A DNA stretch of 41,590 nt, taken from the IMG/VR virus record IMGVR_UViG_3300045410_000040, positions 1 to 41,590 of that record; one strand, written 5' to 3'. The stretch's first letter is position 1. Every line of letters starts with the position of its first letter. Below are positions 15,856 through 24,974 of this stretch, in pieces. The notes under the pieces are model-generated. The model was not told where the DNA came from and ran no database searches. It saw only the letters and a program-made list of their open reading frames with translations. The translations under genes and the position numbers were made by a program. Source of the stretch: a virus. Taxonomy: Duplodnaviria; Caudoviricetes.

Positions 15856-17901
15856 ATGGCCAGGGGCAAGGGCACACTCCGTGTCGTCATCGCTGGTGAC
15901 GCCGGTCCGCTGAAGAAGACGCTGGGCTCGGCCACGGGCATGATCGGCAAGTTCGCGGTCGGCGCCGGGGCTGCGGTCGGCGCGGCGCTGGTCTTCAGCG
16001 TGAAGGCGTTCGCCGATTTCGACCAGGCCATGACGGAGTCGACGGCGATCATGGGGAATGTGTCCGACGCGATGCGGAAGGACATGTCCGATGCCGCGCG
16101 CGAGGTGGCCAAGACGACGAAGTTCTCCGCGACCGAGGCCGCCGAGTCGTACTTCTTCCTCGCCTCGGCCGGGCTGGATGCGAAGCAGTCCATCGAGGCG
16201 TTGCCGCGAGTGGCGGCGTTCGCGCAGGCCGGGAACTTCGACATGGCGCAGGCCACGGACCTACTCACCGACGCCCAGTCGGCGCTCGGCCTGGCAAGCG
16301 ACGACGCGGCGCAGCATCTGGAGAACATGGTTCGCGCGAGTGACGTCCTGGTGAAAGCCAACGTCCTGGCGAACGCCAGCGTTCAGCAGTTCTCTGAGGC
16401 GCTGACGAGCAAGGCAGGCGCGGCGATGCGGTCGCTGAACATGGACATGGAGGAAGGCGTCGCCGTCCTGGCGGTGTTCGCCGACCAGGGCATCAAGGGC
16501 TCGGAGGCCGGGACAACGTTCAACGCGGTCATCCGGGGGTTGACCGACGGTGTGCGGCGTAACGCCGACGTGTGGAAAGAGCACGGTATCGCTGTGTTCG
16601 ACGCCGACGGTGGTATGCGGAACATGGCCGACATCGTCGCCGACATGGAGACCGCGCTGGGCGGTATGTCGGTGGAGCAGCAGCGGACCATACTGTCGCA
16701 GCTCGGATTCACCGAGGAAACCCTCGCCGGCACGTTGGCCCTGTTGGGGAACTCTGACGCGTTGCGGGAGTACGAGGAAGAACTGCGTAAGGCCGGGGGC
16801 ACCACCGATGAGGTGGCGGACAAGCAGCTGCAGACGTTCTGGGCGCAGCTCGGCCTGTTGAAGGATCAGCTTATCGACGTCGGGTTGACGATCGGTGAGG
16901 CGTTGATGCCGCATCTGATGTCGCTGGTGGCGTGGGCTCAGGAGAAGATGCCGGCGATCGAGGAGTTCATCACCGAGGGTTTGGCGTCGATGGAGCAGTG
17001 GTGGGGCGAGCACGGCGAAAAGGTGATGAAGGTCGCCGCGGAGACGTGGGAATTCCTGAGTGATCTGTTCGGCGACAGCTTGAAGACGCTGGAAGGTCTG
17101 CTGGACATCTGGACCGGGATCATGGAGGACGACTGGGGCACGTTCTGGGATGGGGTTGAGAAGCTCAGTGAGGCCGGGTGGAACAACATCAGCGTCACCT
17201 CGAGTGACGCCATGAATGAGATCTCGTTCGGGTTCGCTGTCGGGTTCGTGAAGTTCCGGGGAGAAGTCCGGCGTAGGTGGAACGAGCTCCTGCTGTGGAT
17301 CGGTCGGTTGCCGGGTCGGATCGTGGACTTCTTCGCCGGGTTGCCGGGCCGGATGGCGTCGGTCGGTTGGGACATCGTTGCCGGTCTGGCGCGTGGGTTC
17401 GGGTCGCGGTTCGCGCAGTTCAAACGAGACGCTGAAGTTGCCGCTGCGGGGTTTGTTGCCGGCATCAAGAGCGCACTGGGTATCGGGTCACCGTCGAAGG
17501 TGATGGCCGACCAGGTCGGCGTACCCATCGTCCAAGGCATCGAGATGGGGATGCAGTCCCGCCTCAGTCACCTGCAGCAGATGTCTAACCAAGTCGGGAA
17601 CCAGATACTGAGGGACCTTGGTAAGTACCAGGAACTCCACGACAGCAAATGGCGGACGCTGCGCAGATCAGGCGTCATGCAAGGCATGAGCCGCGACGAG
17701 TTCTTCGACACGTACGCAGGAACTCCGGAAAAGCGCGCACTGCTGCGGCAGACCGGTCGTGCATCGTCCGGGGACGGTCAGGGTGTCATCGTGCAGGTTG
17801 TCAACCAGGGTGTCATCGGGTCACAGCGTGAACTCGAGAACTGGCTCACTCGGTCGCTGGAAAACCTGCGCCGCCGTGGTCGACTCCCGGCGAGTGTCTA
17901 A
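15856..17901 (+). CDS. Tape measure protein, TP901-like core
   Basis: ADFDQAM, FSATEAAE, GIKGSEAGT, LGIGSPSKVM; Ala-rich. Confidence 0.95.
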   Translation: MARGKGTLRVVIAGDAGPLKKTLGSATGMIGKFAVGAGAAVGAALVFSVKAFADFDQAMTESTAIMGNVSDAMRKDMSDAAREVAKTTKFSATEAAESYFFLASAGLDAKQSIEALPRVAAFAQAGNFDMAQATDLLTDAQSALGLASDDAAQHLENMVRASDVLVKANVLANASVQQFSEALTSKAGAAMRSLNMDMEEGVAVLAVFADQGIKGSEAGTTFNAVIRGLTDGVRRNADVWKEHGIAVFDADGGMRNMADIVADMETALGGMSVEQQRTILSQLGFTEETLAGTLALLGNSDALREYEEELRKAGGTTDEVADKQLQTFWAQLGLLKDQLIDVGLTIGEALMPHLMSLVAWAQEKMPAIEEFITEGLASMEQWWGEHGEKVMKVAAETWEFLSDLFGDSLKTLEGLLDIWTGIMEDDWGTFWDGVEKLSEAGWNNISVTSSDAMNEISFGFAVGFVKFRGEVRRRWNELLLWIGRLPGRIVDFFAGLPGRMASVGWDIVAGLARGFGSRFAQFKRDAEVAAAGFVAGIKSALGIGSPSKVMADQVGVPIVQGIEMGMQSRLSHLQQMSNQVGNQILRDLGKYQELHDSKWRTLRRSGVMQGMSRDEFFDTYAGTPEKRALLRQTGRASSGDGQGVIVQVVNQGVIGSQRELENWLTRSLENLRRRGRLPASV

Positions 17902-17903
17902 TC

Positions 17904-19439
17904 ATGGCAACGGCAGACTACGACTTCCGCATCGACTGGGACGGCGACGGGGCGTTCGCCGGCACCGGGGAAAATGTCACCGACCGCATCCGCGACGACA
18001 TCACCATCGGCTACGGTCGCGACCAGTCCCGATCCCTGTCACCGTCGAGGGTCGGTGAGGCCAGCTTCGAACTGGAGAACATCTCCCGCGACTACAGCCC
18101 GGAGAACGGGGCTTCGCCTCTGGCCGGACTCATCCTGCCGGCCCGGTCAGTGCGCATTGAGGCCACCTTCGATGCGCAGACGCACAGCCTGTTCCGCGGC
18201 TTCACCGACGGGTTCGACGTGCTGCCTGCGCTGTCTGAGCGGCGGGTACGGATCACCTGCCTGGACGTGCTGGCCCGCTTCCACGACGTTCGTATCTCCA
18301 CCGAGCTTTATCACGCCGTTCATACCGGTGAGGCGATCGGGATTATCCTGGACGCCATCGGCTGGCCCGAAGATGATCGGGACCTGGACATCGGGGCGAC
18401 GATCATCCCGTGGTTCTGGGCGGACCAGGCGGAGGCGCTGGCGGCGCTCGAACAGATTGTGCACTCAGAAGGTCCGCCGGCGCTGGTGTCTGTCGACGGT
18501 GACGGGAACTTCGTGTTCCGCGATCGCCACCATAGGCTCACCGATTCTGCGAGCCTGACGAGTCAGGCCACGCTCGCCGATGACGGCACAGAGCCGATGA
18601 TCTCCGACCCGGCCGTCTATGATCATGGTTGGCGGGACATCGTCAACTCGGTCACTATCTCGGTGGACGAGCGTTACCCGGTTGGGATAGCCGATGTGGT
18701 GTGGTCGGGTGACGGGATCTACTCGGTGGCCGATGGGGAGACGCTGACTATCCGTACCCAGCCGTCCGATCCAGTGCTGAACGCGATCACGCCGGTGGAG
18801 GATACGGACTACCGGTTGCGGTCCGGCACGGTGGATGTGGCGCTGTCCCGAACATCCGGCACCTCGATCTCGATTCTGATCACTGGCAGTGGCGGCCCTG
18901 CCGTACTGGATCAGCTGCAACTGCGAGCCTTCCCCGTGACGGTACGCCGCACCATTGAAGTTCACGCCGAGGATTCGCTTTCGATAGAGCGCTACGGGAT
19001 CCGCGCCCCGTCGCTCGACGCTCCGTGGGCCAATGTCCATGACGCGTTAGCCATTGCTGAGATCACTCTGGCCCACCGGGCGGGACGCCTGCCGATCGTC
19101 ACCGTCCATCTTGACGGCCAGACCGATGAGAGGCTCACCGAACAGTTGACCCGCGACCTGTCTGACCGGGTCACGATTGAGGAAGCGGAACTCGGGCTTG
19201 ATGACGACTTCTTCATCGAACGCATCGACCATCTGATCTCTCATGCCGGTTTGAACCATGAGACCACGTTCGGCTGCGAGAAGGCCCCCACTCAAGTGGA
19301 TGACCCGTTCACGTTCGACGTGGCGGGGCTGGGATTCGACGACGGCGTGTTCGCCAGGTCCGGGCTTTCCGATCCGGACACGATGTGGCGATTCGACCAA
19401 GCCGACCGCGGATTTGATGACGGGCTCCTTAGCTATTAA
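17904..19439 (+). CDS. Minor tail protein (distal tail / hub)
   Basis: IDWDGDG..., GRDQ..., directly after tape measure. Confidence 0.8.
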   Translation: MATADYDFRIDWDGDGAFAGTGENVTDRIRDDITIGYGRDQSRSLSPSRVGEASFELENISRDYSPENGASPLAGLILPARSVRIEATFDAQTHSLFRGFTDGFDVLPALSERRVRITCLDVLARFHDVRISTELYHAVHTGEAIGIILDAIGWPEDDRDLDIGATIIPWFWADQAEALAALEQIVHSEGPPALVSVDGDGNFVFRDRHHRLTDSASLTSQATLADDGTEPMISDPAVYDHGWRDIVNSVTISVDERYPVGIADVVWSGDGIYSVADGETLTIRTQPSDPVLNAITPVEDTDYRLRSGTVDVALSRTSGTSISILITGSGGPAVLDQLQLRAFPVTVRRTIEVHAEDSLSIERYGIRAPSLDAPWANVHDALAIAEITLAHRAGRLPIVTVHLDGQTDERLTEQLTRDLSDRVTIEEAELGLDDDFFIERIDHLISHAGLNHETTFGCEKAPTQVDDPFTFDVAGLGFDDGVFARSGLSDPDTMWRFDQADRGFDDGLLSY

Positions 19440-19457
19440 TCGAATACACTTAGGCCC

Positions 19458-20072
19458 ATGGTCGAAAAGTGTTCTGTAGAGCAATGCCAGGATGAAGTAT
19501 TCAGCCGAACCTGGTGCCAGTTGCATTATCATCGCTGGTGGCGTCTCGGCGATCCCGAAGCTAGATTGACGAGATTAAGCCCGAATACGCCCATTGATGT
19601 CCGGCTGTGGTCACGCGTAGATCTGCGAGGACCAGACGAGTGCTGGCCGTGGCAGGGATCTCGCGACGGTGGTGGTTATGGGATCCTACGTGTCGGTGCA
19701 GGCAAGAGTAAGGCCAAGGCGCATCGATTGTCTTATGAACTTGCCTACGGCCCCATCCCTGATGGCCTGGAGATCGACCATGTTTGTCACTCAAGAGACC
19801 AGGAATGCCGCGGTGGGCTGACCTGCCCGCACAGGCAGTGTGTTAATCCGGCCCACCTGGAAGCCGTATCGCATCGTGAGAATGGCCTACGCGGGAGGTC
19901 GTTTGCGCTGCCCAATGCAATGAAAACACACTGCCCACAAGGACATCCCTACGACTCGGTGAACACGTACATCAGTCCGTCCTCGGGCGGTCGGGTCTGT
20001 CGTACATGCACTAGAGAAAGCCAGCGTAGGTATCAGCAGAGAAAGGCGGCTCAGAGAATTGCAGAATACTGA
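19458..20072 (+). CDS. HNH homing endonuclease inserted in tail module
   Basis: CWPWQG..GYG..KAHRLSY..IDHVC..CVNPAHLEAVSHREN; KTHCPQGHPY..CRTC; lower GC. Confidence 0.92.
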   Translation: MVEKCSVEQCQDEVFSRTWCQLHYHRWWRLGDPEARLTRLSPNTPIDVRLWSRVDLRGPDECWPWQGSRDGGGYGILRVGAGKSKAKAHRLSYELAYGPIPDGLEIDHVCHSRDQECRGGLTCPHRQCVNPAHLEAVSHRENGLRGRSFALPNAMKTHCPQGHPYDSVNTYISPSSGGRVCRTCTRESQRRYQQRKAAQRIAEY

Positions 20073-20463
20073 CGTTGCCGTGGCCGGTGTGGTGTACGCC
20101 GAGGCGAACTGGGGCCGTTGGGTCGGACGCTGTAATGGCCGTTACTGCTTCTCGGCGATGCAGCTCACCCGGTTCCAGCCGGTGTTTCGGTGCGCCGACT
20201 GCGGCACAGGCGCCGATGTGGTGTGGCCGCCGTTCGTCGAGGATGCGGAGCGGCTGCTGATGATGCGGCCCGATCCGCGGACCCGGAACTGGCTGCCGGG
20301 TGAGGACCTGCACGACCTGCTCGCCGAGAACATGGTCCACGGCGTGCTTGCCGACGCGCTGGAGGGCCACCCGGGCGGCCCGGTCATGGCGATTGTCGGG
20401 GACCGGATCACACACAACGCGTTGCCGTCGGCTCGTGAGTCGCTGGCGATCGGAGGGCAGTAG
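20059..20463 (+). CDS. Tail-region protein (ANWGRW..C..C..C..C..WP..RP..RNWLPGE..EN..HG)
   Basis: Motif pattern I recall from actinophage tail modules; start TTG 20059 or GTG 20080. Confidence 0.7.
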   Translation: MQNTDVAVAGVVYAEANWGRWVGRCNGRYCFSAMQLTRFQPVFRCADCGTGADVVWPPFVEDAERLLMMRPDPRTRNWLPGEDLHDLLAENMVHGVLADALEGHPGGPVMAIVGDRITHNALPSARESLAIGGQ

Positions 20464-20465
20464 AT

Positions 20466-21005
20466 ATCGCTTGGACGACGCCACTCACCGCGGTTGCGAA
20501 TGCAACCCTCACGGCCAGCCAATGGAACGCTTCCGTCCGGGACAACCTGAACGAGACCGCCCCAGCGAAGGCCACTACGGTGTCCGGCTACTTCGTGGCC
20601 ACGGGGGCGAACGCGATCGTGGAGCGGATCGCCAGCTTCGACGAGATCGACACGAGCGAGTCCACGACGTCGACGAGCTACACCGATCTGACCACGCCCG
20701 GCCCGGCGGTGACCGCGACCACTGGCGCGAGAGCGCTGTATATCGTCACCGCACGGCAGGGGAACGACACCAGCAACGCGGCAACGTGGTGCGCGGCCGC
20801 CGTCACTGGCGCATCATCCATCGCGGCCTCGGACTCCAGGGCGCTACTCACCGATGGCATCACCGGCGCCAATGAGATGCGGATGTCGATGGCGCACCTG
20901 GAGTCCAACCTCAACTCCGGGTCCAACACATTCACCATGAAGTACAAGGTGACCAGCGGCGAAGGCACGTGGCTTCGGCGGCACCTGATCGTGCTCCCGT
21001 ACTGA
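20466..21005 (+). CDS. Minor tail protein, probably initiated at ATC ((M)AWTTPLTAVANATLTASQWNASVRDNL...)
   Basis: GGAGG SD at 20452-20456; frame open from 20439 with no ATG/GTG/TTG until 20580. Confidence 0.75.
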   Translation: MAWTTPLTAVANATLTASQWNASVRDNLNETAPAKATTVSGYFVATGANAIVERIASFDEIDTSESTTSTSYTDLTTPGPAVTATTGARALYIVTARQGNDTSNAATWCAAAVTGASSIAASDSRALLTDGITGANEMRMSMAHLESNLNSGSNTFTMKYKVTSGEGTWLRRHLIVLPY

Positions 21006-21778
21006 TGAGTCTGACACGTAGAGCGCTGCTGGCTTCTGCGCTGCTGCCGCTGACTCCGCTGCACTACTCGATCCACGAGGAGACCGCCGTGGCCTGCACC
21101 TGCACTCCGGACGAGATCCCCGCAGACCAGGACCTGAACGACTACCTGACCACCGGTTGGTACATCCAGTCCGACAGCAACGAAGGCAGCGCGTGGGCCA
21201 ACTATCCGCCGCTGAGCACCGGCTCCCAGCGGGCCGGATGGCTCGAAGTCGTCGCCAACGAACGGTTCACCTGGCAGCGCTACACCGAGTACAGCTCGGG
21301 CATTCGCCAACTGGCGCCGAGAGTGTGGCAGCGGCACTACAACCCGTCCAGGACCCCGCCATGGACCGAGTGGTCACAGGTCAGCGGCATGCCGGCGTGG
21401 CACCAGGCGGCCACCGCCGGGATGGGCTGGGAAGGCTCCACCCCGGACCCGATCCCGCCAGCCAGCAAATGGGGTCTTGCGCTGAAGGACTTCCAGGTCA
21501 CCATGCGGTTCCAGGTCAAAAGCACCGCCGCCATCACGTCCAACGCCGCCGGGTCCTTCGTCGGCAACGTGCCCATCGGGTCCATCACAGATTCGCGTTT
21601 CCGGCCCAGCACGGACGTAACCGTCCCCGTCAACGTGTTAGGCAAGGCCACCTGCTGGGCGCTGATCCGGCCGAACGGCGACTACATGCTCACCCACACC
21701 TCGGCACCGTCCACCACGTTCGGCGTGGGGTCTGAGTTCGAGTTCGCGAGCAGCTACTCGATCGGCGCGGACGACTGA
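21005..21778 (+). CDS. Tail fibre / receptor-binding-type protein with pyocin-knob-like domain
   Basis: DLNDYLTTGWY..NYP..AGWLEV..WQRYT..VWQR..WTEW; alternative start GTG 21089. Confidence 0.75.
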   Translation: MSLTRRALLASALLPLTPLHYSIHEETAVACTCTPDEIPADQDLNDYLTTGWYIQSDSNEGSAWANYPPLSTGSQRAGWLEVVANERFTWQRYTEYSSGIRQLAPRVWQRHYNPSRTPPWTEWSQVSGMPAWHQAATAGMGWEGSTPDPIPPASKWGLALKDFQVTMRFQVKSTAAITSNAAGSFVGNVPIGSITDSRFRPSTDVTVPVNVLGKATCWALIRPNGDYMLTHTSAPSTTFGVGSEFEFASSYSIGADD

Positions 21779-21879
21779 CTGTAGTCCTCTACGGGTCCAC
21801 CGTGGCGGATCGCCTCGATGACGGCAAGCCCGTAGGCGATCAGCGATAGAACCCCGAAGACAAGTGGTGCGTACGTCAT
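21754..21879 (-). CDS. Possible 41-aa membrane peptide (MTYAPLVFGVLSLIAYGLAVIEAIR...)
   Basis: Fills the gap between fibre and lysin on the opposite strand; one TM; weak SD. Confidence 0.35.
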   Translation of the reverse strand: MTYAPLVFGVLSLIAYGLAVIEAIRHGGPVEDYSQSSAPIE

Positions 21880-21934
21880 TTGCTGACCGTACGCCGATCT
21901 TCCCACCCCGTCCATACCCCGAGGGAGGTGAGCC

Positions 21935-22957
21935 GTGGTCAGCATCGCGCAGGAACGGTCCAAGCTAGCCGCTCTCGGCGTCGACTTGCGTCGCCGCGAA
22001 GAATGGCAGGCCAGATTCGACTACACCGGCAGCCGTGCTGTTCACGAGCCAGCGACGCGGGTCTTCATCCACATCACCGTCACCAACCCCGGTAGCTATG
22101 CCTCTTTTGACGAGCACGCACGCGCGATCGAGAACATTGGCATAACCCGATTTCCAGCGACCGGGATCAGCTATAACAGGCTGTTCATGGCCGGGACCCG
22201 CACCGTGTACGAAGGGCAGCCGATCGGGCGCCGCGGGGCGCATACGGTCAACGACTTCGAGCGCTCCACTTGCACCACGAGCGGCTGCCCCGGCCGTGGC
22301 GGTCCACTGTCCGCGCCAAGCTGGAACCTGAACATCAATGCTCGCTCGTACGTGTACTGCGCCAACGTCCAGCACAGCGTCCCCGATCACGTTGTGGACG
22401 ACATGGCGCGGGTGATCGCCGCGGACAAGCTGGCGGGGTTCGTCACCCGGGACGCCGAGATCCACGGCCACCGCTGCGTCAGCTCCAAGTCGTGCCCGGG
22501 CGACAAGATGTGGGCACGCATGGGCGAGATCGACAAGCTGGCCGACCACTACCTGAGCACCGGACTCACGGAGGACGACATGCCTACAGCGAAAGAGGTC
22601 GCCGAGGCGACCATCGACGAGTTGCAGCGCCGCCAGTACGGCACTCTGGTCAACGGCACGCAGGTCACCGGTTTCCGTGCCCTGAACTACGGCCCCCGGT
22701 ACGCCCACCTGTCCAGCGTCAAACTCAACGACGTCCGCACCAACCAGGCCACACAGCTCAAGCTGCTGGCCGAGATCAAGGCGGGCATGGGTGCGGCCGA
22801 CGTCGACTCCCACGCGCTTGCGGCCGAACTGCTGCCGCTGCTGGCGCCGCTGCTGATCGACGAGCTCGCCGATGTGGTCGGGCTGAGCGAGGAGCAGGTA
22901 GAGGCTGCGCAGGAACGTGTGCTGCGGCGCGTGCTCGGGAGCGTGGCCGAGTCGTGA
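21935..22957 (+). CDS. Endolysin, N-acetylmuramoyl-L-alanine amidase (Amidase_2/PGRP-like)
   Basis: VFIHIT, ISYN, VYEG, RGAHT, IHGHR, SCPG; GGAGG SD. Confidence 0.9.
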   Translation: MVSIAQERSKLAALGVDLRRREEWQARFDYTGSRAVHEPATRVFIHITVTNPGSYASFDEHARAIENIGITRFPATGISYNRLFMAGTRTVYEGQPIGRRGAHTVNDFERSTCTTSGCPGRGGPLSAPSWNLNINARSYVYCANVQHSVPDHVVDDMARVIAADKLAGFVTRDAEIHGHRCVSSKSCPGDKMWARMGEIDKLADHYLSTGLTEDDMPTAKEVAEATIDELQRRQYGTLVNGTQVTGFRALNYGPRYAHLSSVKLNDVRTNQATQLKLLAEIKAGMGAADVDSHALAAELLPLLAPLLIDELADVVGLSEEQVEAAQERVLRRVLGSVAES

Positions 22958-23014
22958 GGTGGCTCGCCGAGCTCCTCGACGCCCTGGCGTTCTACCTGTC
23001 GGGCTGGGCCGCGC

Positions 23015-23197
23015 ATGAGATCCACCGCCTCCGTCGCCTACACCGCGCCTGAGCGGGGCCTGTGCCAGGTGTGTGGCGTCAGCTTCCGGCTGCGTGCCTA
23101 TGACGGGTTCGTGAAGCGCCACGGCGAGTGTCCCGGCGGTGGGAAGGCACCCGCACCCACGACCACCGACATCAACGCTGCTGAAGGTGGGAGATGA
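23015..23197 (+). CDS. Small Zn-finger-like protein
   Basis: CQVC...H..CPGG; an overlapping 32-aa ORF at 22954-23052 is an alternative. Confidence 0.45.
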   Translation: MRSTASVAYTAPERGLCQVCGVSFRLRAYDGFVKRHGECPGGGKAPAPTTTDINAAEGGR

Positions 23198-23198
23198 C

Positions 23199-23510
23199 GT
23201 GCCAGATGGACCGGAGAGCATCGGTGAGGTGGCCCGGCTTATCCGCCAGCTCGAGGCGCACATCGATCGCCGCTTCCAGTCGCTGGAGGACCGTCAGCGC
23301 GGATTCATCTCGATCGAGCTGCACAATGCGGAGAAGCAGGGCATCGACCGCAGGCTGGAGCAGTTGACCGAGGCGCTGGGCGAGGAGCGCACGGCCCGCA
23401 AGGAGGGCATCAAGAGCATCGGTGTGATCTCCCGGTGGGCGATCACCGTTTCGGTTGCCGCGCTCGGGGTGTTGTTGACGATCCTGGTCCGCGGGAGCGG
23501 GGTGAACTGA
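23199..23510 (+). CDS. Coiled-coil protein with C-terminal TM (lysis cassette)
   Basis: Heptad region followed by [18 protein letters not shown]. Confidence 0.75.
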   Translation: MPDGPESIGEVARLIRQLEAHIDRRFQSLEDRQRGFISIELHNAEKQGIDRRLEQLTEALGEERTARKEGIKSIGVISRWAITVSVAALGVLLTILVRGSGVN

Positions 23511-23512
23511 GA

Positions 23513-24217
23513 ATGGCCAAGTACCGTCTGGGCAACGCGGGGCCGTGGCTGCTGCCAGCCGTCACCGCACTCGGCGTGGCGGTGCTGTTGCTGCTCGGGT
23601 TGTTCGCGTACGGCAGCCTGTCCGACCGGCTTGACCGGGCACGTGAGCGCTCGGAGCTTTCCTCGATGGAGCGCGAGACGCTGGCCGAGGACATCCACAC
23701 ACTGCGCGACCAGCTCCTCGAGGAGGGTATCGACCCAGTGGTGCCGCCACCCGGCCCGGATCCGGTGCCGGACGAGGACGACATCGTTGTGGGGGCGCGC
23801 GGACCTCAGGGAATCCCCGGCCGTGCGCCGACGTCGTCCGAGGTGGACGCGGCGGTGACCCGGTACTGCAACTTGCTCGGCTGCATCGGCCCGGCAGGTC
23901 CGGCAGGTGAGCCCGGAGAGTCCATCGTCGGACCATTAGGACCCGCTGGAAGCGACGGCGCGGCCGGTGAGTCCATCGTCGGCCCCGTCGGACCACCGGG
24001 GCCGCCCGGAGCGGATTCAACCGTCCCTGGGCCACCTGGCCCAGCTGGGGCTGACTCCACTGTCCCCGGTCCCGCCGGAGCACAGGGTGATCCTGGCCCG
24101 GCTTGCCCGAACGGCGCCGACCCGATCGTGTGGGAGTTGAACGAGCCGCAGGCCATGCTGATCGGCCTGCCCGAAGGAACGTATCTGATCTGCCCATCAA
24201 CCGAGGAGGACGCATGA
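23513..24217 (+). CDS. Membrane-anchored collagen-like (Gly-X-Y) protein
   Basis: N-terminal TM, coiled coil, GPxGPx repeats, YC..C and C..C pairs. Confidence 0.85.
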   Translation: MAKYRLGNAGPWLLPAVTALGVAVLLLLGLFAYGSLSDRLDRARERSELSSMERETLAEDIHTLRDQLLEEGIDPVVPPPGPDPVPDEDDIVVGARGPQGIPGRAPTSSEVDAAVTRYCNLLGCIGPAGPAGEPGESIVGPLGPAGSDGAAGESIVGPVGPPGPPGADSTVPGPPGPAGADSTVPGPAGAQGDPGPACPNGADPIVWELNEPQAMLIGLPEGTYLICPSTEEDA

Positions 24218-24483
24218 TCTCCGACTTCATTCTGTCCCTGATCCGCACATGGACCCCGATCGCCATCGGCACCGGCCTGACCTGGCTCGCGACCCGGCTT
24301 GACGTCGTGCTTGACGAGTCCACCACGGCGGGCGCGGCGATGACGATGGTCGCGCTGGTGTCCGGCGCGTATTACCTCGTTGCGCGCTGGCTCGAAGGCC
24401 GTGTCCCGTGGCTGTCTGTGCTGCTGGCCACGCCGCCGAAGGTGTCCACCCCGACCTACACGCAGCTGGAGAAGGGGAACTGA
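24214..24483 (+). CDS. Holin-like membrane protein
   Basis: SLIRTWTP...[12 protein letters not shown]; 2 TM; GGAGG SD. Confidence 0.75.
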   Translation: MISDFILSLIRTWTPIAIGTGLTWLATRLDVVLDESTTAGAAMTMVALVSGAYYLVARWLEGRVPWLSVLLATPPKVSTPTYTQLEKGN

Positions 24484-24486
24484 ACC

Positions 24487-24948
24487 ATGGCGAACGACGT
24501 CTTCAACATCGCCCGTGGCCGGATCGGCTACTACGCCACCCAGGCAGGGGTCGGCAACGCCGCGTTCATCGTGGTGCTGCTGCAGAACACCGGCCTGGAG
24601 GCCGACGACACACTGAACAACCACGACACGCTCGCGGCCGTCCTCGCGGCGGCGAACACCGAGTGCGACTTCACCAATTACGCCCGCACTGTGATCACCT
24701 CGGTGACGCCGGATCTGGATGACACGGCGAACACGCTTGACGAGGTGATCGGCAACCTGGTGTACACCGACGCGGGCAACGGCACGAACAACACCATCAG
24801 CAAGATCCTGGTGTGTTTTGATGCCGACACCACGGGTGGAACCGACGCGAACATTGTGCCGCTCACCTACCACGACGCGAGCGTGACGACCGACGGGTCG
24901 ACGGTGACGTTCACCGAGGACGCGGCCGGCTTCTGGGGCTCGGCCTGA
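24487..24948 (+). CDS. Putative virion structural protein
   Basis: Acidic, Thr/Asn-rich beta-type sequence (ECDFTNYAR..IVPLTYHD). Confidence 0.7.
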   Translation: MANDVFNIARGRIGYYATQAGVGNAAFIVVLLQNTGLEADDTLNNHDTLAAVLAAANTECDFTNYARTVITSVTPDLDDTANTLDEVIGNLVYTDAGNGTNNTISKILVCFDADTTGGTDANIVPLTYHDASVTTDGSTVTFTEDAAGFWGSA

Positions 24949-24974
24949 GACTCCCGAGGATGGGGAGGTGAGTC

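Noticed and set aside
19458-20072. Group I intron or intein around the HNH
   Set aside because: Flanking genes appear complete, there is no space for a ribozyme core, and no intein motifs are seen.
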